From assembly GCA_965208245.1 (NCBI GenBank), contig OZ242325.1, forward strand, positions 1,493,878 through 1,557,877: a DNA stretch of 64,000 bases, given 5' to 3'. The stretch is from Candidatus Poribacteria bacterium. GTDB lineage: Bacteria; Poribacteria; WGA-4E; WGA-3G. Of the stretch, positions 9,056 through 19,419 are shown in pieces (position 1 is the stretch's first letter; each line of letters opens with the position of its first letter). A program made the position numbers and the translations under genes. A model generated the notes under the pieces. That model did no database searches, had not been told where the DNA came from, and saw only the letters and a list, made by a program, of their open reading frames with translations.

Positions 9056-9840
9056 ATAACGCTGCAATACAAGAATTAACAAATCTATTAGATAAAACAC
9101 CGTTACCCGTTGTTATAAAAGCGTTTAAAGAGGTAAACGATGATGAAATCGCTGTTTTTCTATTGTTAATGGATGTGGCTTCAGCAGAATCCGACTCAAC
9201 TGATTCCGAGGAAATCCGCAGGAAACTTGTACTGATTGGAGAGAATGAATCTGAAGAGGACAGTGAAGATACGTTGACAACTTACGCACAAAAGATATTT
9301 GCACAGTTTCCCTTCAAGAGACAAGTTCAGATTGCCGAAGCTGTTTCTATAACCGAAATGATTGAAACGGAAGAGGCTGAACGGATCTGGAACGAACTTA
9401 AAGGTAAATTGAATGCAATTTTGGATAGTACACTGTTTTTTGGGAATGCATCAAAAAACCTTGCCCGACTTTTAGGCAAGGTTAATATCGAACAACAGAA
9501 TCAACTGATGGATGTCCTGCAAGAGAATCAACCTGGATTAGTGTATAAAGTTGCAAACCAACTTTATACATTTGACGATCTCAGTGAAATGCCAGATGAG
9601 TCCATCAAAACGCTGATTGAGGTGTTAGAAACAAATACACTTGCTCTTGCATTATACGATTCCCCTACAGACATTCAAGACAAATTTTATGAGAACATGT
9701 CTAGTGAACAAGCATCAGTTGTAGAAACTCAAATTGAATTACTCACCCATGAACAGACACAACTCAGCACAACTGCCCGGCAATCCATCGTAAATTTAAT
9801 TCGCAATTTTGCTGGAAAAGGACTTATAAAGATGCGTTAG
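9037..9840 (+). CDS. Hypothetical protein with FliG-C/MgtE-N-like helical repeats
   Basis: FDDLSEMPDESIKTLIEVLETNTLALALYDSPTDIQDKFYENMSSEQA resembles the FliG C-terminal/MgtE N domain. Overlaps the purM stop. Confidence 0.45.
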   Translation: MSTTFLNNAAIQELTNLLDKTPLPVVIKAFKEVNDDEIAVFLLLMDVASAESDSTDSEEIRRKLVLIGENESEEDSEDTLTTYAQKIFAQFPFKRQVQIAEAVSITEMIETEEAERIWNELKGKLNAILDSTLFFGNASKNLARLLGKVNIEQQNQLMDVLQENQPGLVYKVANQLYTFDDLSEMPDESIKTLIEVLETNTLALALYDSPTDIQDKFYENMSSEQASVVETQIELLTHEQTQLSTTARQSIVNLIRNFAGKGLIKMR

Positions 9841-9860
9841 TGAAGACATACACCTACGGT

Positions 9861-10868
9861 TTAGTCATCTAATTTGAACTGTATATCAATGCTAACGGTC
9901 ATCTCTGCATCCTTACCTTTTTTCTTACCTGGAACGAATCTCCATTTTTTCAATGCATCTATAGCCGCATCTTCAAACCCAAACCCAGGTTTTGTGAGTG
10001 CTACAATGTTTTTCGGGATGCCGTCTGTCCCGATTGTCGCTTGCAGCTTAACGGTACCTTCCTTCTCCGCCCGCTTTGCGTTCTGCGGATATATCGGATC
10101 TACCTTTTTTTTGACTTTTGGCGGTGAGCTCTCAAGATCAGACGTATCTATATCTGGCACATTTAAAATTGGATTACTAGTCTCAGTCGGTAAATTTGAG
10201 AGATCCGGTGAAAATGTAGCACCTTGTGGACGATCAGGTTTTGGTGTCAAAACTGGGGTAGTAGTTTCAACTGGACTCTTCCTGGTCCTTGGAACATTAA
10301 TTCTCGGACCAGGATCTAAGCCTAGTGTCTCAGATCCAAAATCTGTTCCCTCTGTGGAAGGCAATATGAAATCCCCCTCCCTCGGTGTTAGTATATTATT
10401 ATTTGTGACAACATCTCTTTCAATCGGTGCCTTAATCTCTTGCTGCTCCGCTTCAAAAGTTGGACGTTTTCGAACTGGCAACGAAGTACGTTTTCTCAAG
10501 TCTAAATTCTCTGGCGGAACCAATGCCGCCTCAATCCCTTCATCATCAGTTGAAATTCGATCTTTAATATATATGAAACCCAATAACAAAGCAAGACTTA
10601 TATGGAGCCCAATAGAAAAGAATAGTGAAAGAGAATTCCTACCACCTGTCTTTTGAAGCGTGATAGGCGGCGGTTTATTCTCAGCCGCAGTAACTATACC
10701 ATCAACTTCATTTTCAGCAATCCTAACCTTCATTAACTTAGAATTGACTTTCGGTTTCTTTCTTTCTGCTCTGCGTCTCTGTAATTGTGATACTATGTCG
10801 GAACTTCTACTCATCTCTTTTCCTCCTACGGATTTACTCATGATATCAATAACGCACTTAAAACACAC
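9861..10868 (-). CDS. tonB: TonB energy transducer (Pro-rich linker plus TonB C-terminal domain)
   Basis: C-terminus DPIYPQNAKRAEKEGTVKLQATIGTDGIPKNIVALTKPGFGFEDAAIDALKKWRFVPG. N-terminal TM anchor. Start possibly 10814. Confidence 0.8.
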   Translation of the reverse strand: MCFKCVIDIMSKSVGGKEMSRSSDIVSQLQRRRAERKKPKVNSKLMKVRIAENEVDGIVTAAENKPPPITLQKTGGRNSLSLFFSIGLHISLALLLGFIYIKDRISTDDEGIEAALVPPENLDLRKRTSLPVRKRPTFEAEQQEIKAPIERDVVTNNNILTPREGDFILPSTEGTDFGSETLGLDPGPRINVPRTRKSPVETTTPVLTPKPDRPQGATFSPDLSNLPTETSNPILNVPDIDTSDLESSPPKVKKKVDPIYPQNAKRAEKEGTVKLQATIGTDGIPKNIVALTKPGFGFEDAAIDALKKWRFVPGKKKGKDAEMTVSIDIQFKLDD

Positions 10869-11366
10869 TTACCGGAGTTTATGAGATTAACTTTAATTAA
10901 ACAAGATATGATAATATTTGCCCGTTCAGACTTCAGATTACTTCAGATTAATTGTAACTTCCTTCAACAAAACTTCACTATACAATCTAATACGTCCATT
11001 TCATAACTAACCTATTTCAAATTATACCGTATAAAAAGTAAATTGTCAATATTTATTTTCGATATTATAACACACAATGTGCCATCTAAACAACTAAATT
11101 TGTCATAATTTACGGATTCCACCAGAAAATTACTTTTGCAACTACCACGGAATCCTGCACCACACGTTTCATTGTCTTATCCGTACCGTAGGTCTGCATT
11201 ATAAACAAAATAGAAATCGCTTCCGGGACGATACATGTAATTGATAAGAAAATTGGTCAAAATCTGATCCTTCTCTGCATACCATTGTGCATATATATAA
11301 CTTTGCAAAAAACTTGGTGTGTTACAGTTTACGAAGATTATATAAGAATTTGTAAATTTAGACAAT

Positions 11367-13493
11367 TCAAAATTCAATCGTCATTGCAAGGAAGGGGACA
11401 ATAGGTAATTGGGCAATGGGAACTTCTTTTGTAAACTCTGAATTATACCGTACTTGTAATGGATTTGTGCGATTGTAGACATTCCACAATTCAATCGTAA
11501 ATCCACCATGCAACTTATCAATCTCTAAGAAAAGCCAATCTATTGTGATGTCATTGAAGAATGACCAGTAAAATCTCAAATCTAAACGGTGATAGGGAAC
11601 AGCACGTTTAGGATCACCGTATATTGGTACCCATACCTGTCTTTTTGTAAAAGGATTAGTATATCTTTCTTTACCAACTAACGGAGCATATAGGATACCG
11701 CTCTTGTATTGCCAGTTTGCACCAAATTCTATAGTAGAATAGAAGTAATTTAGATTGATAGTCAATACATGTGGAGTACTATACATATAATCTCGTTCCT
11801 TTTCATAAGGAAAATCTTGACGTTTTGAGTCCGTATATGCATAAGCAAACCAACCCCTGAAAATATTCCCTACTCTATGCTCCAATGAGAATTCTATACC
11901 TTTAACTGAACCAGTTTTCTGATTCTGATACTGTTTTTCCGGTAGGTTATAAACTATCATGTCTTCTAAGTACTTTAAATACCCAGTTACCTCAAATCTT
12001 GTATCTGATCTGATGTTTTTCTCTATTCCAACAACATAGTGTGTGGCTGAACTCGGAGATAAATCTGGGTTCTCAACACCGAGTACAATCTGGTAAAATT
12101 GAGGGTTCTGTGTATAATTGCCATACATAAAGCGCACGTCTATAGGGAAAAGCGTAACACCGACAACACTATTCTGTTCCGAGCCTAATGTGGCACCAAT
12201 TAAACCCCTCGGTTGAAGCGCAAAAGAATCGATAATATTAAAGTAACTTACTCTTATACCAAGCGTTCCATAAAAATCAATGTAACTTGATGAAAACAGT
12301 GCCTGTGTCGCTTGGAGGTAACCTTCAAATCCATGCAGGTCTTGTGTAATATGAGTGTAGATTTTCTCTCCATCTATTTTTATCCTTGGGTCGTAATCCC
12401 AATCACCCTCTTCAAGTGGACGAGAACCAATACTTGTCAAACTTGAGGGAAAATTGGTTAATTCAAAACCAGATTCTAGTAAAGACTTCGGGAATTCTAT
12501 CCAATACTTTAAATCCCCACGGAGGGAAAATACGCTTTCTGAATCCCTGTAATAATAACCTTCTCCATAGATCAGTTCATTCCGTGAAAAGGAACGTGTC
12601 AATGATAAAACAGACTTGAACCTATTTTCTTTCTCAGAGTAAAGATGTATACCTTGAGAATCAAAAGGATTCTCAGATATGAGAGGTCCCCGTAAGTCAC
12701 TATCAGATGCTTCATCCGGACCAATTCTAAATTCAGCACCATCGCCCGCAGCAATTGTATTAAATTCTAATCGGTGTATTTTCGACAACTGATAGACAAA
12801 TTTGCTTTGATAACTCCAGAAAATTGGCACCTGTGTAACCAAGTCATCTTCAATTTCCAAAAGATGGGGTAAAAGTTCAAAAAGCGGTCCCATATAACTG
12901 CGACGACCAAAGAGATACCAATACCCGCGAGTACTGATGTTACCTTCAGAGAACACTTGGGAATAGACAAGATTCAGATCGAGTTTTCCGCTAAATTGAG
13001 ATGCCGCCAACCGACGGGAAAAAATGTCAATGACTGCCTGCGAATCAGAACCGAATTCCGCACCATAACCGCCAGGATACACCTCAACATTCTGAATCAC
13101 ATCTGCATTCACAGTTGAAACGATCCCGTAGAGATGATATGGATACCCTAATGGAAGTCGATCAAAATAGTATATATTGTCTTCAGGACCGCCACCCCGT
13201 ACAGATAGTATACCTACGAAATCGTTGAGCGTACCCACACTGGGAAGTAAATTCAATACACGCAGCGGATCCCCACCACTACCCGTAGCATACCTAAACA
13301 CATCTGTACTCAGCGTATGTCTCGGTTTCATTTCAATCCGTTCGGCAGTAACTTCTATCGGTGGAAGGACAACAATTTCACCTACTTCTTCATCGTCTAA
13401 AGATTCATCATTCCGACAAAAGGCATTTGAGGCAGTTATTAAAAGCAATAATATCAGTAGATGTTTCAATGACCTGAAAATAAAAAATGTCAT
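11367..13493 (-). CDS. TonB-dependent outer-membrane receptor-like protein (plug plus beta-barrel, C-terminal Phe)
   Basis: Plug-like motif RGG...DNIYYFDRLPLGYP...YPGGYGAEFGSDSQAVIDI. Ends ...LAMTIEF. Confidence 0.7.
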   Translation of the reverse strand: MTFFIFRSLKHLLILLLLITASNAFCRNDESLDDEEVGEIVVLPPIEVTAERIEMKPRHTLSTDVFRYATGSGGDPLRVLNLLPSVGTLNDFVGILSVRGGGPEDNIYYFDRLPLGYPYHLYGIVSTVNADVIQNVEVYPGGYGAEFGSDSQAVIDIFSRRLAASQFSGKLDLNLVYSQVFSEGNISTRGYWYLFGRRSYMGPLFELLPHLLEIEDDLVTQVPIFWSYQSKFVYQLSKIHRLEFNTIAAGDGAEFRIGPDEASDSDLRGPLISENPFDSQGIHLYSEKENRFKSVLSLTRSFSRNELIYGEGYYYRDSESVFSLRGDLKYWIEFPKSLLESGFELTNFPSSLTSIGSRPLEEGDWDYDPRIKIDGEKIYTHITQDLHGFEGYLQATQALFSSSYIDFYGTLGIRVSYFNIIDSFALQPRGLIGATLGSEQNSVVGVTLFPIDVRFMYGNYTQNPQFYQIVLGVENPDLSPSSATHYVVGIEKNIRSDTRFEVTGYLKYLEDMIVYNLPEKQYQNQKTGSVKGIEFSLEHRVGNIFRGWFAYAYTDSKRQDFPYEKERDYMYSTPHVLTINLNYFYSTIEFGANWQYKSGILYAPLVGKERYTNPFTKRQVWVPIYGDPKRAVPYHRLDLRFYWSFFNDITIDWLFLEIDKLHGGFTIELWNVYNRTNPLQVRYNSEFTKEVPIAQLPIVPFLAMTIEF

Positions 13494-15776
13494 TTAAAAT
13501 TCCGCTGTTATGCCTAAGTAAGGAATGAGGGGAAACTGATTAATAGGCTCTTTATCTGAATAGTCTGTATTGTATCTATAGTCAAGAAGATTTTTCTGGT
13601 TATATACGTTCAGGATTTCCACAAATGCACCTAAATTCCAACTCTTAAAATTGAAAGTCTTGCTCAAGCGGATGTCCAGCCTATGGTATGGAGGAAGACG
13701 TTCAGAATTAGTCTCACCATAAATAGGAATATATATTGTATTTTCAACGATATCTACTGCGCTAATTTCGTCAATACTCTCTACATCTTCAAGAAACCGG
13801 GGGTCAATTCTACGTTCTGAACCCGTCACAGGTGTATATGGATTACCAGTTCTATATTGCCATTTTGCACCTATCTCCCAAGTCGGTGTAATCTTATAAC
13901 TTGATGCTAAGGTGGTGACGTGTGTCTGATCAAATGAGTAGTACCGGTAAGGTTCTCCTAAACGATCTTTTCGTTTCGAGAGCGCATAAGCATAAGAAAC
14001 CCATCCAAATAACCTATCACCACTTCTGTGTCTTAGGAAGAGCTCAGTACCTTGAGCATAACCAATTCCCTGATTCAAAAATATAGATGCCTCATCAGAT
14101 GTCACAAGGTTCACAAGGTCTTTGTAATACGCAGCCATCTTAATCTCAGTATCCTGTGACAGTTCTCGTTTAAGTTCAAGAATGTAATGACTCGCTTGAC
14201 TGGATTTCAATTCTGGGTTACCCACACTGGATGAAAGCTGCGCGGGTATTGGCGTCTGGTTGTATATACCATAGGCGAATTGGAGTTCAGAAGTATTGGG
14301 TAATTCAACACGAATGCTACCGCGCGGTTGTATTGATATCTCATCTATGCGGTTAAAATAGTCAAGACGTAATCCGTAAACCACAGATAGAAAAGGCAGT
14401 ATATTAAATCTATCTTGTAAGTAGGCTTCAATGCGTTGTCCTCTGACAGATTCATCTATAACCTCTTTTTCAACAAAGCGAATATCAAAGTCTACTTCAC
14501 CCTCATCCGGAATTCGAGAAAACACACCTGATACCTCTCCGGGTTCCACACCAAGAATAAGACCAGACTCTAAACGATGCCTTTCGTTTAACTGATAGGT
14601 CAGATCTTCCCGCAACGTGTATGTTGGCGCATCAATATTAAGAGACAATGTAGGTCCAAAATTTACATCAAACAGAAAATCTGATCTTGTTAATGACAGA
14701 TATGAGGTTAATTTGTCTGTAAGTGAAGAACGAAGGTGTATGCCAGCACCTTCAAATCCACTTTCAAAACTCGTATCGCCTCTAAAGTCTACGTCAACGT
14801 CTTTGCCATCTAAAGTAAGAGCAAAGTTATCACCAGATGCAAACATATTAAAAAACAGTTGATGTTTATCATTAAAGTCAAACCCAATTTTCACTTGATA
14901 ATCCCAGAATCTTGGGAAAGCAGTAATTGCACCTGCGTCAAACGTCAATGAACCCACAAACAGATCAATGTAACTTCTACGTCCTGCCGCATACCAATAC
15001 CCATCCTGTCCAATCCTTCCTTGTAAAAGTCCTTCTGAAAATAATAAGTTGAGATTAAACTTACCACTAAGGTTTTCTGGACTGTTATCCTTAGAGTAAA
15101 TATCAATGACTGCCTGTGAATCAACACCGAATTCAGCACCATAACCGCCTGCATAGACATCAATCCTTTCAATAATGTCTGAATTCAAAGAAGACACCAA
15201 TCCACCAAAGTGGAACGGATATCCCACAGGAACACGGTCAAAATAGTATAAATTATCTTCATCAGAACCACCACGGATATAGAGTGCACCACTGAAATCG
15301 TTAGCCACCCCTATACCAGGGATCACAGGTAATGCTCTCAACACATCACCAGCAGTACCGGGTATTCGCGTAATCTCTTGAGATTCTATACTCTTCCTTA
15401 AAACTGTTTTGGGAACACGTTCAGTCCTAACCTCTATGCCTTCTAACTGAAAGTCCACTCTTGTAACAAAAATGGTTGGAGTCAGTGTCTGACCTTCCTC
15501 AACCTCAACACTTACTTTTTCATCAGCTTCAGATCTAGGGATGGATACCTGTAATGTATATTTTCCAACTGCAATTCCCTTGAAAGAGAACGCCCCTTCA
15601 CTATCAGTTGTAGTACGCTTATCAAGTTCAACTATAAGTATTTCTACATCTTCTATAGGTGCGTCTGTAATTCTGTCTATGACCGCGCCATCAATTGTTC
15701 CTGTCTGGGCCTCTGTTTGTACAATGACTGAAACCTGTAATGTTAAAACAAGAAGCATAAAAATTAGACGGCTCAT
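13494..15776 (-). CDS. TonB-dependent receptor with N-terminal carboxypeptidase-regulatory-like domain
   Basis: GTIDGAVID...DSEGAFSFKGIAVGKYTLQVS then plug IRGG..DNLYYFDRVPVGYP...YGAEFGVDSQAVIDI. Ends ...GITAEF. The ORF extends to 15842; signal peptide start MSRLIFML at 15776. Confidence 0.75.
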   Translation of the reverse strand: MSRLIFMLLVLTLQVSVIVQTEAQTGTIDGAVIDRITDAPIEDVEILIVELDKRTTTDSEGAFSFKGIAVGKYTLQVSIPRSEADEKVSVEVEEGQTLTPTIFVTRVDFQLEGIEVRTERVPKTVLRKSIESQEITRIPGTAGDVLRALPVIPGIGVANDFSGALYIRGGSDEDNLYYFDRVPVGYPFHFGGLVSSLNSDIIERIDVYAGGYGAEFGVDSQAVIDIYSKDNSPENLSGKFNLNLLFSEGLLQGRIGQDGYWYAAGRRSYIDLFVGSLTFDAGAITAFPRFWDYQVKIGFDFNDKHQLFFNMFASGDNFALTLDGKDVDVDFRGDTSFESGFEGAGIHLRSSLTDKLTSYLSLTRSDFLFDVNFGPTLSLNIDAPTYTLREDLTYQLNERHRLESGLILGVEPGEVSGVFSRIPDEGEVDFDIRFVEKEVIDESVRGQRIEAYLQDRFNILPFLSVVYGLRLDYFNRIDEISIQPRGSIRVELPNTSELQFAYGIYNQTPIPAQLSSSVGNPELKSSQASHYILELKRELSQDTEIKMAAYYKDLVNLVTSDEASIFLNQGIGYAQGTELFLRHRSGDRLFGWVSYAYALSKRKDRLGEPYRYYSFDQTHVTTLASSYKITPTWEIGAKWQYRTGNPYTPVTGSERRIDPRFLEDVESIDEISAVDIVENTIYIPIYGETNSERLPPYHRLDIRLSKTFNFKSWNLGAFVEILNVYNQKNLLDYRYNTDYSDKEPINQFPLIPYLGITAEF

Positions 15777-15870
15777 TGTTAGTGTTTTCCTCAACTTTCT
15801 TTGTAGCACATTCTTCCAACTTGTGCTACTTGGTAATGACATACTCCCACAGCCTTTAGGCTGGGGTTTC

Positions 15871-16545
15871 TTACCTGCTTATAGCAGGCTTCCTCGGGTT
15901 TAAGCCGAGGCGACTGAGGTGACAGTTGAATCTGACACCAAGGGGACTGCCAGGATCCCGACTAACAGGGGTATTTATCACCCCAGATACTTTTTTATGG
16001 ATGTTTATCGCACCGATACCATCTCTATGATATTTGAAATTGCATTGTTTGCAGTGATAGTTTCGGTTGCTTGGTTTCTTTCTATGTCCACATTTTGGAC
16101 ACGTTTGTGAGGTATATGCTTCTGATTCAGAAATAACTTTGATACCAGAAAGCTCGGCTTTGTAGCGTATTTTGTCTGCTATTCTTGAGAAAGCCCACTG
16201 GTGCAACTTCTGATTAGACTTTTTAGAATACTTGATATTCTCTCGGATCCCGTTTAGGTTTCCGAACACAATCGTATCCGCCTTCGATCTTTGACAGTCG
16301 GATATAAAGCGTGATGTGATTTTATGTTCAGCATCATTGAGTCGTGCGTCAAGTTTTTCTAAAGTCCTGCGTTTTACTTTCAGAAGTCTAAACCATTTCC
16401 GAGATCGTTTCTTGCATGTTTCCATTTTAGATTGAAACTCCGCCTTGATCTTCTCTCTATAGCGTTTGATACTTCGGACAAAACGACCATTATAGATGGT
16501 CGTTTGTTTACCATCAAAACTGACAATGTATAAAGAGTACATCAT
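15871..16545 (-). mobile_element. tnpB: 5'-truncated IS200/IS605-family tnpB (C-terminal RuvC-like plus zinc-finger half only)
   Basis: TIVFGNLNGIRENIKY...SEAYTSQTCPKCGHRKKPSNRNYHCKQCNFKYHRDGIGAINI. About 150 N-terminal aa are missing. Structured hairpin-rich DNA lies downstream (15846-15930). Confidence 0.8.
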
Positions 16546-16859
16546 AAATATTACTAAATGTCAAATCTTTTTGACACTACAAAGGGATGAGCCCGCTTAC
16601 ATCCCACTGCCTAAAGGCAGGGACTTTAGCGGGAAGATCGGTAAATTAAATACCTGATGAAGATTGAATAGATAATCAGGCAATTCAACTGATAAGACTC
16701 ATCGTTGGAGAAAGGTCTCGTAGGGGCGGCCCATTATATATAATGACCCCGCCCACAAATTACCTAAATTAACAACTGAATCTTCATAAGGTATCGATTC
16801 TACCATAAATTATACAATTTGCTATGTCAATATGATGCCAGAAAAACGGACGAACCTAT

Positions 16860-19391
16860 TTAGAAATCCAACGTTAACCCAACATAGAATATCCGCGGCA
16901 ACTGTCGCACCTCTTCAGTTTCCCACTCTTCAGTTTCCCACTCTTCAATGACGATCTCTTCGTCTTGAACAATAATCGTTGATTCATTTAGACTAAACTT
17001 AATTCTATTCTTTCTATTGTAAACATTTAGAACATCAATAAACCCACCCAATTTAACACCCTTTATGATCCATTTGTGGCTTAACCTGAAATCTAATTTG
17101 TGATACGGATTCAGCGCAGCATGTACCTCCTCATCAACACTTGCTAACAAAGGATTCAATCCACGTGTTACAGGATCTTGAATGAGTATGAGAGAACTGA
17201 TAGGCACTTCAGATGTCCCACTGAGATACTGCCATTTTAAACCCATTTCAGTGTTCTCTCTGAAACTATAGTTTGCAACTATACTCACGATATGTGTATT
17301 ATCAAATAGGTATGGATTATATAACGCGTCAGTTTTCTCTCGTTGTTCAGCATGTGTATAAGCATACGAAACCCATCCGAAGAACCTATCAGGAATCCTA
17401 TGCCGCAAGAAAGCTTCAACCCCACCGACATAAGCAGAACCTTGGTTTAGATAATTGGATACAGAGTCCTCAGTTGCCAATCTACCGCCTTCAGATTCTG
17501 CCAGTGTTTGTAATAACGGACCACGTGTTCTTTCATTGATTACCATATTCTGAGTATCTTTGTAATAAATTGCAAACTTAAAGTCGGTCTGTTGTGTGAA
17601 TTCATTTTCAATCTCAAAGATATAGTGTCGTGCAACACTAGACTTCAAATCTGGGTTACCATTTTCCGATAAGAGTTGATAAGGTCTCGGGCTCTGTTCA
17701 TACTGTCCATAAGCAAAACGGAGATTGAAATCATTAGAAAGTCTAACGTTAACACTTCCTCTCGGTTGAATTGATAGTTCATCAGTAAGGTCAAGATAAT
17801 CCATCCGTATACCAAGAGCAATGGAAACAGATTGTAATGGATCATACCTTGTTTGTAGATAACCTTCAGTACGATAAAAATCGTGCCCAAATTCAAAATG
17901 GGTTTCTTCTAATTCAGTAATCTCATACCTTTCAGGCGTAAAGTATTCTTTTTGTTCTACTACCCCGTTTTCAACCGTTGTCACTGAACCTCTACGACCC
18001 GCTTCAACGAGATCATATTCATAAAATCTCCCATCTTCATAACTATTTGCTGGACTAAATGAAAAAAGAAAACCCAATTCAAGTTGTAGGAAAGGATTCA
18101 TCTTATATGTAATGTCTTCCCGTAAAGTGTAAACCGGGACATCTATCTTTATGTCATAAGAATTGTTTATTATCTCTTCAGCAACTAATTTTCCATCTTC
18201 AAATACTGCATCCTTAAATTCTGCCTGATCATCTACTACCTTGTAAGAGATTACAACTGGATCTTTTAGATCAATATTAAGAGTATTCAGATTTCGGGTT
18301 AACGATAAATATGAAGTCAATCTATTATCCAATAATTCTGAATAGAGGTGTATACCTTGTGCAGAAAAACCGTTCTTGAAAAATAGACTTGTTCTACCAA
18401 CATCCGGTTCAATATCATCTGGGTCTGGTTCTTCTTCTGCATTAATGTTAAAATGGTCAGTCGATGCAAATGCATTAACTGTTAACGTATGTCTATCATT
18501 CAGATCGTAATTAAGTTTAATCTGATAATCGGTAAAATATGGAAACTGTTGCTCTGTTCCTGTCTGTGATTCAACGATTGGTCCAGCGATCAGATCGAAA
18601 TAACTTCTCCGTCCAGAAACCGAGAAGTACCCACTCCCACCAATTCTACCCTCAAGCAACCCTTCGGAGTAAAGTATATTCAGGTTGAACTTACCATCTA
18701 ATCCATTCTCAATGCTATCACGGGTTTGTATATCAAGCACTGCTTGAGAATCCAAACCGAACTCCGCACCGTAACCCCCAGCATATATATCTATTTTATC
18801 AATAGTTTCTGAACTAATAGTAGAAAGAAAACCACCCCAATGGAATGGATATCCTAGCTGTGTCCGGTCAAGATAGTATAGGTTTGACCCTGGTTCACTA
18901 CCACGTATGTAGAGTATGCCAAAAAAGTCATTCGGTATCCCGATACTTGGCAACGTCGTTAAACCTTTGAGCGCGTCAGTGCCAACACCAGCAATTCGTA
19001 GGAGTTCGCTACCACGTATATCTTTTCTACTGATCGTTAGTGGTATACGTTCACCTTCAACTACCACTGTTTCTAATTCAAAAACATCTCCAAGGGATAC
19101 TCTCGTCTGTGTTGTATGTCCAGCGGTTACTTCTACAGTGACATTTATCGGTGTTGGAAAGGACCTATGAGAAATAGCAAGAGAATATCTACCTGGCGGG
19201 ATTCCTGTAAACCACACTTTACCTTCAGCATTACTTTTTTTACGTTGATCTGTCTCTATGAGATGTACTTCTGCAGTTTCAAACGTTTCTTCTGTATTTT
19301 GATTATAGACGGTGATTTCGATTGTACCTGTTTGTGCAAGAGCAGTTGCAGCAAAAACGAAGAATAACATTAAACTGACAATTTGTTTCAA
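16860..19391 (-). CDS. TonB-dependent receptor paralogue with carboxypeptidase-regulatory-like domain
   Basis: GTIEITVYNQNTEE...AEGKVWFTGIPPGRYSLAIS then plug IRGSEPGSNLYYLDRTQLGYP...YGAEFGLDSQAVLDI. Ends ...GLTLDF. Confidence 0.75.
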   Translation of the reverse strand: MKQIVSLMLFFVFAATALAQTGTIEITVYNQNTEETFETAEVHLIETDQRKKSNAEGKVWFTGIPPGRYSLAISHRSFPTPINVTVEVTAGHTTQTRVSLGDVFELETVVVEGERIPLTISRKDIRGSELLRIAGVGTDALKGLTTLPSIGIPNDFFGILYIRGSEPGSNLYYLDRTQLGYPFHWGGFLSTISSETIDKIDIYAGGYGAEFGLDSQAVLDIQTRDSIENGLDGKFNLNILYSEGLLEGRIGGSGYFSVSGRRSYFDLIAGPIVESQTGTEQQFPYFTDYQIKLNYDLNDRHTLTVNAFASTDHFNINAEEEPDPDDIEPDVGRTSLFFKNGFSAQGIHLYSELLDNRLTSYLSLTRNLNTLNIDLKDPVVISYKVVDDQAEFKDAVFEDGKLVAEEIINNSYDIKIDVPVYTLREDITYKMNPFLQLELGFLFSFSPANSYEDGRFYEYDLVEAGRRGSVTTVENGVVEQKEYFTPERYEITELEETHFEFGHDFYRTEGYLQTRYDPLQSVSIALGIRMDYLDLTDELSIQPRGSVNVRLSNDFNLRFAYGQYEQSPRPYQLLSENGNPDLKSSVARHYIFEIENEFTQQTDFKFAIYYKDTQNMVINERTRGPLLQTLAESEGGRLATEDSVSNYLNQGSAYVGGVEAFLRHRIPDRFFGWVSYAYTHAEQREKTDALYNPYLFDNTHIVSIVANYSFRENTEMGLKWQYLSGTSEVPISSLILIQDPVTRGLNPLLASVDEEVHAALNPYHKLDFRLSHKWIIKGVKLGGFIDVLNVYNRKNRIKFSLNESTIIVQDEEIVIEEWETEEWETEEVRQLPRIFYVGLTLDF

Positions 19392-19419
19392 ATTATCTTC
19401 TCCTTAGGGATTTTATAAC

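Noticed and set aside
9874-10656. 260-aa ORF antisense to tonB
   Set aside because: Fully embedded antisense in a gene with clear TonB C-domain homology.
16546-16859. Missing 5' half of the truncated tnpB or a tnpA gene in the 315-bp spacer
   Set aside because: No protein-like frame. Only hairpin motifs resembling IS605-family end structures.
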